From contig NC_045697.1 of assembly GCF_009834535.1 (NCBI RefSeq), positions 38,876,001-38,940,000 of the forward strand: DNA of 64,000 bases. The letters run 5' to 3'. Origin of the DNA: Camelus ferus. Lineage: Eukaryota. Under the pieces are notes generated by a model, which saw nothing but the letters and a program-made list of their open reading frames with translations, ran no database searches and had not been told where the DNA came from. This document shows, piece by piece, positions 48,735-61,898 of the stretch. Both the position numbers and the translations under genes were made by a program. Each line of letters starts with the position of its first letter. The first letter of the stretch is position 1.

Positions 48735-50729
48735 AGGGAGACATCTTGAAAGAGAAAACCCCAGAGGTGGGGGTCAGAGGAAAGAAGAAAGGAAAGAAGG
48801 GACTGTGGATCATCCCTGAAAGAATGTTTGAAGGTCTTAATTTCTGCTTTTGGTCAAAATATGATGTGGTCTGATTTTGTTAACTAGTTCAGTACAATTC
48901 TGCTCTGTGCATTTCAGCAAAAACCTGACTCCTCTGTGGCCTCTCTGAGATTCTGTCATGAGGCCCGAGCAGTGCAGTGGGCAAGGATTTGAGGTCACTG
49001 GTAAAGTGTCCTCTGATGTGGCCAACTGCACAAACGATGGTGTGCACTCCTGCACCTGGCTTTCACCTCTCTGGAGAGTCAGCTCTTGGACCCATATTTC
49101 CAGTGGTTCTGAATAGCCTGCAAGAGGGCCTGGTGTCCTGAGTTGAACCCCCAAAGCTGACACCCCAACTTTGTTCTCTGAACTCTGCATCCTTCCTGGT
49201 GCTGCCAGTAGATGCCCCATCTGTCCCAGAAAACCCCCGTCCTATGCAAACTGGGATGGTTGCTCACCTACCCTAGTTCTCCCACTCCAGAGCCAGTAAT
49301 CTAACCTCTTTGAACTGTAGTTTCCCATCTGTGAAATGAGGATAATGATAACAACCTTACATGGTATTTGAGGGCTAGGGGTGATGTCCATACAAAGATT
49401 GTGCAGGAAGAAGAGAGGCTTGGGGGACAAAACAACGTCTTTCAGCCTCTTTTCCAAGAAGGAATAGACGTCTCCTCTCTCCAAGTGTTTTTACTTTCCC
49501 AAGTGTATGTGTGAGGACAACACTGGAAGTTTCTGGAACAGTCTTCAGAAAGCCTTGGCAGGCCCTGGCTAATGCAGAAGGGTGGGTTACGGGCTCTCGC
49601 AGCCCCGTGATTATCTGATTAACGTGTAAACAGCAGAAGCAGCTGCCTGCTCGCAGAAGTCACTTTTAGCAGCTACCACTTGGGAGTCACAAACAAGAGA
49701 TTACGAAGCCTTTTCTTTCCATCTTCTCTGTTGCCCCTCGGCTATTGTCTGCAGAGTTTCTTAACTATTAGCCACGTTCTGGATGACTATTTCCCGGTAA
49801 CTACTGTTTCAGGATTGAGAAAGGAAAAGAAGTCAATGTTCTCAAAGGAATCCGTTGCAAGGCATTTGCAGCACCAGTGTGGATTTCACAGGCATCTTAA
49901 GCTCTGGCAGTGAAGGCTGAGGGCTGTCTTGGAGACCAGAAGCAGCGAGCAAGAACTCGGATAACAGAAGAGAGGCGGGGGAGATTATTCAAATGTGGTG
50001 ATGGAAAAAAGGCCTTAATCAAAGACACTATAGAAAACAAGCCACAGGCTGATAGGGAGTATTTGGAACATCAAGGTGTCAAAGGGATCCAAGCTTCTTC
50101 TGAATGGAAGGGAATGACTAGGGTGAACGGTCCTGCATTAATTGAGCAGAGCTCCATCGAGGGCGCTAAGGACAGGAGGGGGCTCTTATGAGGAAGATGC
50201 CGGGGGCTGGGATTATGCAAAGTGCAAACATCTTCACCATTCTGGCCCTCCCAGCCCCATCATAAATGAAGTAAGAATCATTAGGATTAATGCCAGGTTC
50301 TGACTGAAAAGAGAAGTCTTCGAAAGTTGGAAAATTCAACATGCAAGACTCTGGCACCAGTGGCAATTCTGCATCTTTAGGACACCTTTGGGAGTAGAGA
50401 GAATAAAAGGACCCTCCAATCAGGAATTTACTGATTGACTTAATCATTAACGTGATCTGAGATTTCAAATCCTATGGCACCTCCTTCACATTTCCGTGCT
50501 AAAGTAACGGCTGGGCAGAGTGCCAAGGAGAGCAACTCTGTTGGCTTTAGGGGCACACAAAACTGCCCAGACTCTGGAGAAATCTGCAAAGTAGATGTTT
50601 TTGGCTTTCCAAATCATCTTTTCCCCTGTGCTTCTCACCCTTTTCCAAAGAAAATTAAATTCTGAAGCAGTTACTTTAAAAGTCAAGAAATTTGATTATC
50701 AGAGTAATGCACTCAGGCATGCCCATGAA

Positions 50730-51270
50730 CCACTGCTGCATAATAAATCACCCTAAAGCTCAGTGACTGAAATCAGCGATTCTATTGTCATTTTATTACC
50801 TCCCCCAGTTTTTGTGCTCGGGAATTCAGGGAGGGCTCAGTGGAGATTCTGTCCTGGGGTCGCTTATGTGGTTGCAGTCAGTCAGCGGCTGGAGCTAAAA
50901 CAGCAGAGGGACTGGGGGAGCTACTGTCTGGCTGGGTGTCTCGCTCTCTTTTCATGCAGTCTTGGGGCCTCTCCATGTGGTCTCCCCAAAAGAGCTGGTT
51001 TGTGCTTCCTCACAACATGGCAGCCCAGGCAGTCAGGGCTTCAGTGCAAGTATTTTTGCTCCCTGGGCAGCAGCTGCATCAACTTTTACAACATGGCCTC
51101 AGAAGTCATTGGCATCACTTCTACCACATTCCAGTGCTTGCAAGTCAATGACAAGCCCACCTAGATTCAAGGAGGAATTAGACTTACTGCTTAATGGAGA
51201 AACGGCAAGGTTCTTGAAAAGCAATGTGGGCTGGGAGACATGGTGGCTATCTTTGGAAAGTACAATATCC
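50730..51270. mobile_element. MLT1-type MaLR LTR
   Basis: ggcctctccatgtggtctc...cttcctcacaacatggcagc...cagaagtc...catcacttctaccacatt. Confidence 0.65.
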
Positions 51271-51468
51271 CAGAAGGTAAAAATAACTGACAACCATAAC
51301 CTTGAAAAGAAATTTTTGTATTTTAAGAAAGTAATGTTAACCCAATGAAATCTCTGTATTAGTAGCATAAGTATTGAAGAACCTTCATTCTCTTCTTAAC
51401 TGTCTTCAGTCTCTTCTTCACTACATCATCTCTGATTCTTGAGGGTAGAACAGTTGGGTGTGATGTGC

Positions 51469-51894
51469 TGTATTAGTTTGCTAGGGCTGCCATAACAAAA
51501 TACCACAAACTGGGTGACTTAAACAAATAGGAATTTATTGTCTCACAGTTCTCGAGGCTGAAAGTCTGAGATTAAGGTGTCAGTGAGGTTGATTCCTCCT
51601 AAGGGCAACAACAGAAAAATTGGGCCCTGCCTCTCCCCTAGCTTCTGGTGAGTTGCCAGTCATCTTTGGTCTTCCTGGTCTTGTAGAGGCGTCACTCCAA
51701 CCTCTGCCTTCATCTTCACACGGCGTTCTCCCGCATGCATGTATCTTGTCCAAATTTCCCCTTTTTATAAGAATACCAGTCATACTGGATTAGGGGCCCA
51801 CCCTGCTCCAGTAAGGTTTCCTCTTAACTAATTATATCTGCAATGACCCTATTTACGTGACCCTATTTAGGGGGACACAATTCAACCTATAACA
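51469..51894 (-). mobile_element. MLT1B/C-type MaLR LTR
   Basis: tgtattagtttgctagggctgccataacaaaataccacaaactggg ... gggacacaattcaacctataaca. Confidence 0.85.
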
Positions 51895-54800
51895 TGTCTC
51901 TTATTTTTTGAAAGAAGGAGCTGTTTTTGACGTGGTTTCTGAGAGTGTAAAGGGGAGAGCAGGGCCCAATCTCAGGTAAAGTTTTCAAATTTTATATCTA
52001 TCTTCTCCTTTCCATGACCCTTGCCATTCTCCCTTCTCTCCTAAACACCTTCCTTAAATTTTAAGTAGAGGTTTTCATTAAGCCATTAGAGTATTATAAG
52101 ATTAAATGTTGCTTTTGTTAAAATGTAATTATCAAATGTTGGTTATGGGGACTCATTCCCTCCCAAATTTTCTATCGTCTTAATGCCCTAGTTGTGTAAC
52201 TTCATACTGCATAGGATGCTTCAAGACTTGTAGCCTGGGCCTCACCTATACAGCAACTTAGTTCATTTAAGGAGACTTAAGGAGCAATTTATTGACTTTG
52301 GAGATTTCAAGATTGTTCTCTCTCAATATTATGCAGATGTTTAAACATTTATTTCCTTTGGATGTCTAAAGCAAAAAGGAAAAAGACAGGCACATCCGCT
52401 GCCTCATTAGGGAAACCACAAACCTTTGGCTTTCCTGACCTAGCACTTGCCTTGCATTTGATGTTTTCAAAATATGGTCCAATCATTAAATAGCCAATTC
52501 CCACTACATCTGTGTAAGATGTGGGAATTCCTGCCATTTTTAGTAGAGGAAATCGAAGCCAAAATCACCAAGGTGACCTGTGCAAGGTGAGATAACAAAT
52601 CAGGTGTAGATCCAGGTGTCTGCCATTTCAGAAAGTCCTGTGCAAACCTTCATGACCACATCCTTCTCTTCTCTTCCCAGAAGCCAAACGCCCACTTTCC
52701 CATTTGCTCTGCTGTCATTGGAGGGGCAGCAGGAAAGGCAGGAGTTAGCAGATGGCCAGCAAACAAGGAGGTGCCTAGCAGATACCTTCTGGGAGCAGGC
52801 TTGTTATTAGTGTTTGTAAAACACCCCCTGGAGAGTCACAGAAGTCTTAAGGGGAAGCTTTGGAATATAAAGCCTTGAGTCAGCAGGTGGGCATCCCAGT
52901 GCAATCTCTTTTGTACTTACTGGGTGGTAAGATCTGGGAAATTCAGGTCATGTGATAATAAAGGAAAAGATACGAAAAGTATTCCTTTTAGTCCTAGGAA
53001 ACTAATTTTTCTTGATCATAGGCTCTATTAGAAACAAGTCCCCTAAAATACTTTGGTCTAGTCTTAAGCCAATAAACAATAACAGAAACCTTTCTCCTTA
53101 ATTCAAGGATCAGTGCTGCAGGAAAGAATCCCAAATGTCTTATGTGGCTGCCTCCCCAGGAAAAAAAGGAGTAGGCACCTTAATGCCCTCTAGTCTTTGC
53201 AAAGTTCTCAGTTATTTCTCTGGTGAGGAAAGATTGCATGTAATTGGCACGTCCTGTACTTGAGTGGAGGGAAATCAACAGCATGAAAATTATCTTGTTT
53301 AAGATAAGTCAAGATGCCTCCCAGACCAGCATTTTCCCCTTAGACAGATCATTGAAGGAAAGGCCAGTCCAAATCACATTCTCCTCTCCTGAGGTACCAA
53401 ACTTAACTTTTCCCTGCGTTTATCTTTAGTCGTTTACTTTGAAGCTGTGACTGACTTATTCTGGGCAGAAGCTACCAAGGTAAGTTTCACTTTGATTATA
53501 TGATTCTCATGTGGAGTAGTAGCACATGACGTGGACTTCTTTATGAACAAGAATATAAATTGAGGTTTCTCATTTTCATATCGAAGTGCCATCTTTGATG
53601 GTCCTGCACCCCTAAGCTCTAAACACAGGGATCTAAGTTTTTAGGTCTATTTTCATAATCAATCAATACTAGGAAATTCATCCTACTTCCATTTCACATT
53701 GGCTGCTGGGAGTCTCAGAGCCAAATTTAGTGCTCAGTTTCATTACATATTCTTAGTTTAGGTTTTCAGGTATAAAAATCATTATTTCCACAGTGTTTGT
53801 TTATTATCCAACCTTAATGATTTTATTTTCAAAGAGTTGTTTTTACTACAAGGTATTTCAAATCTTTTTTCTTAATAATTTAAGTATGGTATTAATAATA
53901 AATAAAATACACTTCAAAAACCAGTATGATGTTCAACCCTGAAAATGTCCTTGAAAAGTCATTATTTGTCTTGTCCACAGGTTGAGGAGTGAACACTGGT
54001 AAGGGATAACCAGTTTTGATATTTTGCTGGAACACACCTATCCCTCCATACTGGAAGGTGAAGGTGTTGACATTGCTCTGTGTGAATTGTGCTAAGTCAC
54101 TGCCCGGAGCCTCTCAAGGACCTGCCACAGCCACTTAACTCTGCCCCTCCCCAGGGACCACTCCCTCTTGCACCTTCTCTAGGACCCAGCAACCAAAGAG
54201 GCCCTAAACGACCAGCTCTGAGCTATGACCAGTAACCGTCCTCTCAGACAGGTGGCCTAGCCATTCTGGTTATGTATTTTAATATCCCCCTTAAAGGGAA
54301 TCTTTTTTTTGCTATTCTTTCCTCCTTTTAGTGCAAATGATAGCTTTGCTTATTAACATAAGGACAAGGTAGTGATGAAGAATACAGACTCTGAAGCTGG
54401 ACTGCTCAGGGTTCAAGCCCTGGTTCAGCCTCACGTTGTCCCTGGGACCTTAGTGAGTTCTGTGGCTTCTCTAGGCCTCGTTTCTTCGTCTCTGAGTATG
54501 CCCAACGTTACTGTGCTGGTGACAGACAGAGACGATTTAAATTCCTATCTGTTTGACCCAAAGTCCATGTTTTCCCCTGCGCCCTAGATTCTTTTCTGGA
54601 GGATGTGGTCCTTTGCAGCAAAGAAGAAAGAGAAGACAACCAACTGGTGCAGGTACCTTTGGTGAATGCTTAGTATGTGAAAATGCTCAGTGGATACAGA
54701 GACCTCACAGAAGATAGAGGCAAACAGAGTTGCTCTCTGTCTAGGAGAGTCAGAGCTTCTGTTTACAACAGGATTCGCCCATCTCCCAGGCTTAACACCT

Positions 54801-55559
54801 GGCAGTCATCCCCGACCCCTCCTGTTCCCTCGCTCCCAGCAACTGTCACCAGTCCCCTCCATTCTGCACAAGTGATGCCTCTCACATCACTTCCATTCCA
54901 TTCATGCCTTTTGCTAACACTCCATTTCAAGTTCTCATTACCTCATGTCTAGATCATTTCAAGAGCCTCTTAGCTAGTCTCCCAGCCTCCTTGTCTCTAA
55001 GTCACCTCTCCCACAGCCATCGCATTATTCCTAAAGATACCGCTTCCATCATGTGATTTCAACACCCTCCAGTGTCTACGGAATACAGTTCAGCTCTCTA
55101 GAATGACATTCAAGTTTCTTAACCTGATGCCAGTCTTCATTTCCAAACTGTTCCCTCAGGACTCCTCTATAAGAATCCTATGATTTAGCTAGGATTGTTT
55201 CCTTGTTATTCCTTAACCATGCTATTTCCTTCCCTACCTCCAAATCTTGACCCACATCATTCCCCATGCCTGGCACACCCTCCACCATCTTCTAAATCCT
55301 GTACATCCATCACAGCCCAACTCAGCCCCTTCCCGCTGTGACACCTTCCCTGCTCACTGCAGGGAACGGAGCCTCTGCCTTATCGAAATCAGACTGCTCC
55401 TTCAACACTTAGCCCCCACTGCCTTATATTACAGAGTAGCTTTTCATTCCCATCTGCTCCATTTCCCCAGTTACACTGTGACTGTCTTACAGCCAGAGGA
55501 GGAAGGAGGGGGATGGTGGGAGGGCTCTGACATGGGGAGGGAGTGGTGCAGGCTGATGG

Positions 55560-55800
55560 TTGGGCTCTTGGGCTCAGAAATCAGATAAGCTGGGTTTGAA
55601 TCACAGCTCTGCACTAACTAACTAACGAGGCAATCTTATTAAGACTCCTAATCTCTCAGTGTCCCCATATGTAAAAGGAGGATAATGACCGTCCCTTCTT
55701 CATAGGGCTACTGCGAGGATTAAAGGAATTAATATATAGAGAGCCCTTACCCAGGGCTTGACTCATAGGTAAAGTTCAATTAACATGAGTTATTATTACT
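55560..55800 (+). mobile_element. MIR SINE (preceded by L2 remnants at about 54.9-55.5 kb)
   Basis: ctgggtttgaatcacagctctgcact...ctcagtgtccccatatgtaaaaggaggataat. Confidence 0.65.
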
Positions 55801-55981
55801 TTCATGATCAAACAAGAGAGGGTTTGTGATGCACTAGACACTGTATAAATGACCTTATTTAATCTGAATGACAATTCTGTGAGGTAAGAGGATCATGCCC
55901 TGGCTGTGGAGCCCTCTGACCAGCCCTGAGCTACTAAATCAGGACTTTTACATAAGACAGACATACATCCCCATCATATTT

Positions 55982-56306
55982 TTTAACATCTTTATTGTGG
56001 TATGATTCCTGTACAGTGAACTACGTATATTTCAAATGTACAATTTAATGAATTTTGATAGATGTAACACCAATGAAACCACTACCACAATCAAGATAGT
56101 GAACATTTCCATCACTCCCCAAGAGGCGCAATTTTCAAATTCCTAATTTATCCCTTCCCACCCCCTTTACCCTATAGTAACCATACGTTTGTTCTCTATG
56201 TCTGTGAGTCTATTTCTGTTTTATAGATAAGTTCATTTGTGTTCTTGTTTTTAGATTCCACATATAAGCGATATCATATGGCATTTTTCTATCTCTTTCT
56301 GGCTTA
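55982..56306 (-). mobile_element. Short, apparently chimeric L1 3' fragment
   Basis: L1 3' UTR motifs bounded by ccccatcatattt at 55969-55981 and 56307-56319. Confidence 0.75.
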
Positions 56307-56319
56307 CCCCATCATATTT

Positions 56320-57746
56320 TCTAATTCTTATTTTTTACTGAAGTGTAGTAGAATTACAATGTTAATTTCAGGTGTACAGCAAAGCAATTCAGTTTTACAT
56401 ATACATACATACATACATACATATATATTTTTCAGTTCCTTTTCCATTATGGCTGATTACAAGAAATTGAATATAGTTCCCTGTGCTATACAGTAGGTCT
56501 TTGTTGTTTATCTATTTTATATATGGTAATGTATATCTGTTAATCCCAAAGTCCTAATCTGTCCCTCCCTACTTTCCCCCCTGGTAACCACAGTTTGTTT
56601 TCTATGTCTGTGAGTCTTTTTCTGGTTTGTAAATACAGTTTGTATTTTTTAAAATTTTAGATTCTGCATGTAAGTGACATCATGTGATATTTGTTTTTTT
56701 CTGACTTATTTCACTTAATACAATGATCTCTTGGTCCATCTATGTTGCTGCAAATGGCATTATTTCATTCTTTTTTATGGCTGAGTAATATTCTATTATA
56801 TAATATATACCACATTTTCTTTATCCAGTCATCTGTCAACAGACATTTAGGTTGTTTCCATGTCTTGGCTATTGTAAATAGTGCTGCTATGAACATTGGG
56901 GTGCATGTGTTTTTTCAAATTATAGTTTTCTCCAGCTATGTGCCCAGGATTGGGATTGCTGGATCATAAGGTAAGTCTATTTTTAGCTTTTTAAGGAACC
57001 TCCATACTGTCCTCCATAGCGGCTGCATCAGTTTACATTCCCACCAACAGTGTAGGAGGGTTCCTTTTTCTCAACACTCTATCCAGCATTTATTATTTGT
57101 GGACTTTTTAATGATGGCCATTCTGACTAGTGTGAGATGATACCTTATTGTAGTTTTGATTTGCAATTCCTAATAATTAGTGAAATTGAGCATCTTTTCA
57201 TGTGCTTAATGGCCGTCTGGATGTCTTCTTTGAAGAAATGTCTATTTTGGTCTTTTGCCCATTTTTTGGTTGAGTTGCTTTTTTTTTTTTTTTTTGGATA
57301 TTAAGCTGTATGAGCTGTTTGTATATTTTGGAAATTAGTCCCTTGTTGGACTCATCATTGCAAATATTTTCTCCCATTCTGTAGGTTGTTCTTTTTATTT
57401 TGTTTATGATTTCCTTTGCTGTGCAAAAGCTTTTAAGTTTAGTTAGGTCACATTCATTTATTTCTGCTTTTATTTCCATCACTCTAGGAGCTGGTTGAAA
57501 AAAATATTGCTGTGACTTATGCCGAAGAGTGTTCTGCCTGTTTTCTTCTAGGAGTTTTAGAGTATCTGGTCTTACATTTAGGTTTTTAGAGTTTATTTTT
57601 GTGTATGGTATTAGAGAATGTTCTAGTTTCATTCTGTTACATGTAGCTGTCCAGTTTTCCTAGCACCACTTATTGAAAAGACTGTCTTTTCTCCATTGTA
57701 TATTCTTGCCTGCTTTGTCGTAGATTAATCAACCATAAGTGCATCA
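56320..57746 (-). mobile_element. 5'-truncated L1 (degenerate ORF2 C-terminus plus 3' UTR)
   Basis: ORF 57198-57632 (KLEHSLIPYTKINSK...LKLLEEN...KLKSFCTAKE...KGLISKIYKQL) is L1 ORF2-like, with frameshifts. Confidence 0.93.
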
Positions 57747-59033
57747 CCCCAGTCATATTTAAGCCATGTTTAATGTCCCTGTTGCAGCTGAACTTGATTC
57801 TAACAGGCACGATTCCTGTCACTCTGGTGCCGGATGTGGCGGCACTTCTGTCTGGTGGCCATTAGGAACTTCATTTCTAGTATTTTGCAGAAATTCTGTT
57901 AAAAGAGAATGACCCAGTTTAAATCTCTCCCACATTGTTCAGCCCTCTCTTTCAAGTGAGCAGGAAGATATGAGATTGAAGACTAAAGAGAGAGAGAAAC
58001 AGATATAGATTCTTTCTAAATAGGTGGGAGGAGGCAGAACAGGACTAAACTTGGGGGCTCTAGGCTGCCCCTGCCCATGACACCCTGGGACACTGGGGCA
58101 GGTAGAGTTTCATGGTTGGCACAGTCTCTTCAGAGAACCATGTAGCAGCATCAGAAGTGGGTGTTTCAAGCTGTGCAGATTTTGAGCCCAGCTTCAGGTC
58201 AGAAACATGTCTAGAGCTGGCTATGGGTTATGGTTTAGCAATTTGCATTAAGTCATGACCTTGATCTGTCCTTTGTGTATCTACACCTTAAGATAAAAGT
58301 TAAACCTAAAAACACTAAGTGGGTGGTCAAATCAGGGGCACGACACCTCTCATCCCACCCCCTTCTTACCTGCTGGAGGACCTTGTCCTTTCAGTAGAGC
58401 TGTGAACTCTAGCTACACACATCCTCAGATTCCCTTACAGCGAGGCTGCAGACATGAGACCCAGTTTACTCCAGGTGACCTGTGAAGTCTACTGAGGGTC
58501 TTATGGGAAACTCCTTCTTCACTGGGTACGATCTTGTTAACATGTGGTGCCTGGAACTGCTGTAGCCATCTCGTTAGTAGGAGGGAGACATGGTTGAGAT
58601 ACCAAGAAAGGCAGAGCCAGGAGATGGAAAATATATGGATCTTTGAAGACATCATTGATTTAATCTTTTAAAGTTGGACTGAATCCAGATTTATTACTAT
58701 GTGAAAGAATAAATATCCCTATTGTATAATTACTTTCAGTTAGACATTCTGCTACTTGTAGCCAAAATCATCCTTAGTGATGCAGTGTCCAAAAATATTT
58801 TAACATTGTAAGCTGTAATGCTGTATCTTTATAGTCCACCCTATGCCTTGCCCTTGCTGACATATTATTTCCCTATTTTCTGATTGGAGACAGCTTAGAG
58901 AAACATGCTATATCCACTTAATGAAATATTATGCAGTTAGTAAGCTGTGTTCAAAATCTGGCTTCGCCTGTTTGACTTCTCTATGCCTCAGTTTCCTTAT
59001 CCATTAAATGGGGACAATAATAATCCTGCCTCA

Positions 59034-59605
59034 CCTAAATGTCCATCAATAGATGACTGGATAAAGAAGTTGTGGTATATTTATACAATGGAATTTATAC
59101 TCAGCCATAAAAAGAATATAATAATATGATTTGCAGCAACATGAATGGACCTGAAGATCGTCATACTAATTGAAGTAAGCCAGAAAGAGAAAGAAAAATA
59201 CCATATGATATCACTTATAAGTGGAATATTTTTAAATGATATAAATGAACTTATTTACAAAGCAGAAACAGACTCACAGACAAAGAAAACTAAATTGTTA
59301 TTACTGGGGTCAGGGGAAGGTGGGGGGAGTGAGGGATAAATTGGGAGTTTGGGATTTGCAGATACACACTATTGTATATAAAATAGATAAATAGCAATGT
59401 CCTACTGCTATGTAGCACAGGGAACTGCATTCAATACCTTTTAATAGCCTATAATGAAAAAGAATATGAAAAGGAATATATATATATGTATAACTGAATC
59501 ACTATCCTGTATACCAGAAATTAACACAACATTGTAAACTGACCATACTTCAACTTAAAAATAGGAAAATAAAAAAGAATAAAGCTAATCTAACCTAGAA
59601 AAAAA
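59034..59605 (+). mobile_element. 5'-truncated L1 inserted in a MIR, with TSD
   Basis: ORF2 end PKCPSIDDWIKKLWYIYTME plus 3' UTR. TSD aataatcctgcctca (59019-59033) / aatcatcctgcctca (59606-59620). Confidence 0.9.
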
Positions 59606-61898
59606 AATCATCCTGCCTCATAGGATTGCATTGAGGATCGAATGAGCAAATCCATGCACAGAACTTAAAAGAGCGCCTGGCCCATAGCAAGTCATCAACC
59701 AGTTTACACGAGCCTGTTTTCATCTCCCATCGGTGTGCCCTTCTGCACGTTTCCAAGGCATTTTGCTGTCACACTTCCCACCCACGTTTTCCTTTGCCAA
59801 GCCCTTCTGGGAACAGCTGAAATGTGGGACAGACGTGGCCAGCTCAGCCCTCTTGCTAGCATGCATACCGCCAGATTATCAGCAAAGAAGCTTCACTAAC
59901 AGAAAGTAGCAAATATGTTGTCTGGAAACACCATATAGAAGCCAAAATTCCCTTCGCTCCCCAGATCCCACGCTCTGGTTGTCCTTCACCCCTGCACTGA
60001 GACAGGGGTGGCAAGGACTCCCAGGGTTGGTTTCCCACAGGCCCCTGGGGTGGGCCCTTGGCACTGTGTGTCCCTCATACGTCTATGGCCCTAGGGACTA
60101 GAAGCGGGAAAACCCCACAAGCTCTCTTACATCACTAGCGTTTTTCACTTTGCTACCTGCCATTTCTCCCCCTCTTCAGCTTTTTTCTGTGGAGCCAAGA
60201 ATTCGTGTCTTCTCGTGGGAGACTCCTTTTCCCATCCTTGTCTGGCTGCCGCCCCCCCAGAACTGCAGAGGCCGTTTCAGCTTCTTACGTCTGCATCATG
60301 CTTGTCAATCTAGGTCAGCCTTCAGCCAGCATTTCTGTATATCTCATCTGGACAGCCCCTGGCAGCTTCCAAAATACTTTGGCCCAAGTTGTTTAATCCT
60401 CACAAAAATCTTGTAGGGTGCGTGTTCTTATTCTGCACCAGACCCCTCAGGGCTTTTCCCATTTCCTGTAGAGACCAAGGGCAGAGGGAGGGGGGACAAA
60501 AATATTTCGCTTTCTTTGCAACAGAGACCTGAGGTGATTAGGATCTCGTCCAATTTTACCTCAGCCATGAGTCTTGCAGATGGAGAGAAAGCAAAGACCC
60601 TGCAGAAATCACCTGAAATCTCAGGACTTGGTTTTTGAAGGAAAAACCTGATACTTCTCTGGGTCGAAGGATCTGAGCTCTCCCTGGAGACCCGATGCAG
60701 AATGGGGCAGGGTGGGGAGAAGGCTCTGGAAACTAGCTGGTTTAACGAAGAGCTTCCTGGTATGAAATCTTTGGCCGTTTGTGTGAGAATGAAGACGCAC
60801 AGTATCTGGCCCCTGCAGATTAAAAATGCTCTATTGATTTATTTACCAGAAAGCCCTTCAAATGCTTCTACTGGCAGCGACGAGGCTAGGGACTGAGTAG
60901 CCCGCCCTGGCCCTGCAGTTCTCTGGGAAGGGCTGATGTGCACTTGAGGTTTGCCTGGACGGGCCTGCAGGTCTGTGGAGCTGTGCTTGGTGCATTCTGG
61001 AAACGGAGGCCTCCATGTGTGGGCCGGTACCTCGCAGCTCTGCCACCTCAGCATCTGTCTGAGCTGCCAGACTCCTGGAAAGGTCCCTTTGATTTCTTCT
61101 GTTTTATTCAGTGCCAGGTTGGGAGGCCTAGAGAGGGGTCAGCGGCCCAAACACTGTGTTAACCATAGTGATACGAGTGACAAACAAATGCTGGGCTTTC
61201 ATTTTTTTTTGCTTTTTCTTCTTTGCCTTCCAGGAAGATTTTTTAAAACAACAAAAGCAAAAACCCAGGTCACTTGCTACTTTCGAGCACACCCTGTTCC
61301 TTCACAAGTTAAAAAGAAGCCCGCAGAGCACCATTTACTCATAAAGTCTCTATTCAGCACTCCTTGCTCGTTTTTGGCTCAGGGTGCAGCTAGCGGGTTC
61401 CCACAGAGTGCAGACCAGCAGGGGAGGTGGGGTTCACGCTAGAGAACTGTGAAAATATCTGCTCTTCCAGAATACAGTGAAAAACCACACTTTCTGGATG
61501 AGAGGCAGGGAACACAGGGGTAACTTTATTCCCAATTTTCCCCCTTGGATTGGAGCCTGCCCACCTCAGGGCTGGCCGGACTCATCTGCCCATCCCTGCC
61601 TGTGGTGACTTCCCTCTGAGAGGGGCTTCCGTGGGGGGAAATGGGGCATCTTCCTTCATGTCACTTGAATGGGCTCTTTCGGGTGGCTTTCATGGTAGAG
61701 TGATTCCTACCTTAGAAGGAGACAAGTGAGCCACTTTTCCAGCTGCTCAGGGTGAGAAATTTGGAATCATCCCTGACTCCTTTCTTCCTCAATCCCACTT
61801 CCAGCCACCAGCATATGGTGTTGGCTCCGCATTCAAAATGCATTCAGTATCAAAATGTATCAGTCAGTCTCTGCGTCTATAACCATCTACAACACAAC

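Noticed and set aside
50153..50168. CTCF-like motif (similar partial matches near 6505, 21410 and 61415)
   Set aside because: Only part of the consensus matches; it cannot be called without a PWM or ChIP data.
56742..57632. ORFs with L1 ORF2 similarity as a functional gene
   Set aside because: The element is 5'-truncated, frameshifted and carries stops.
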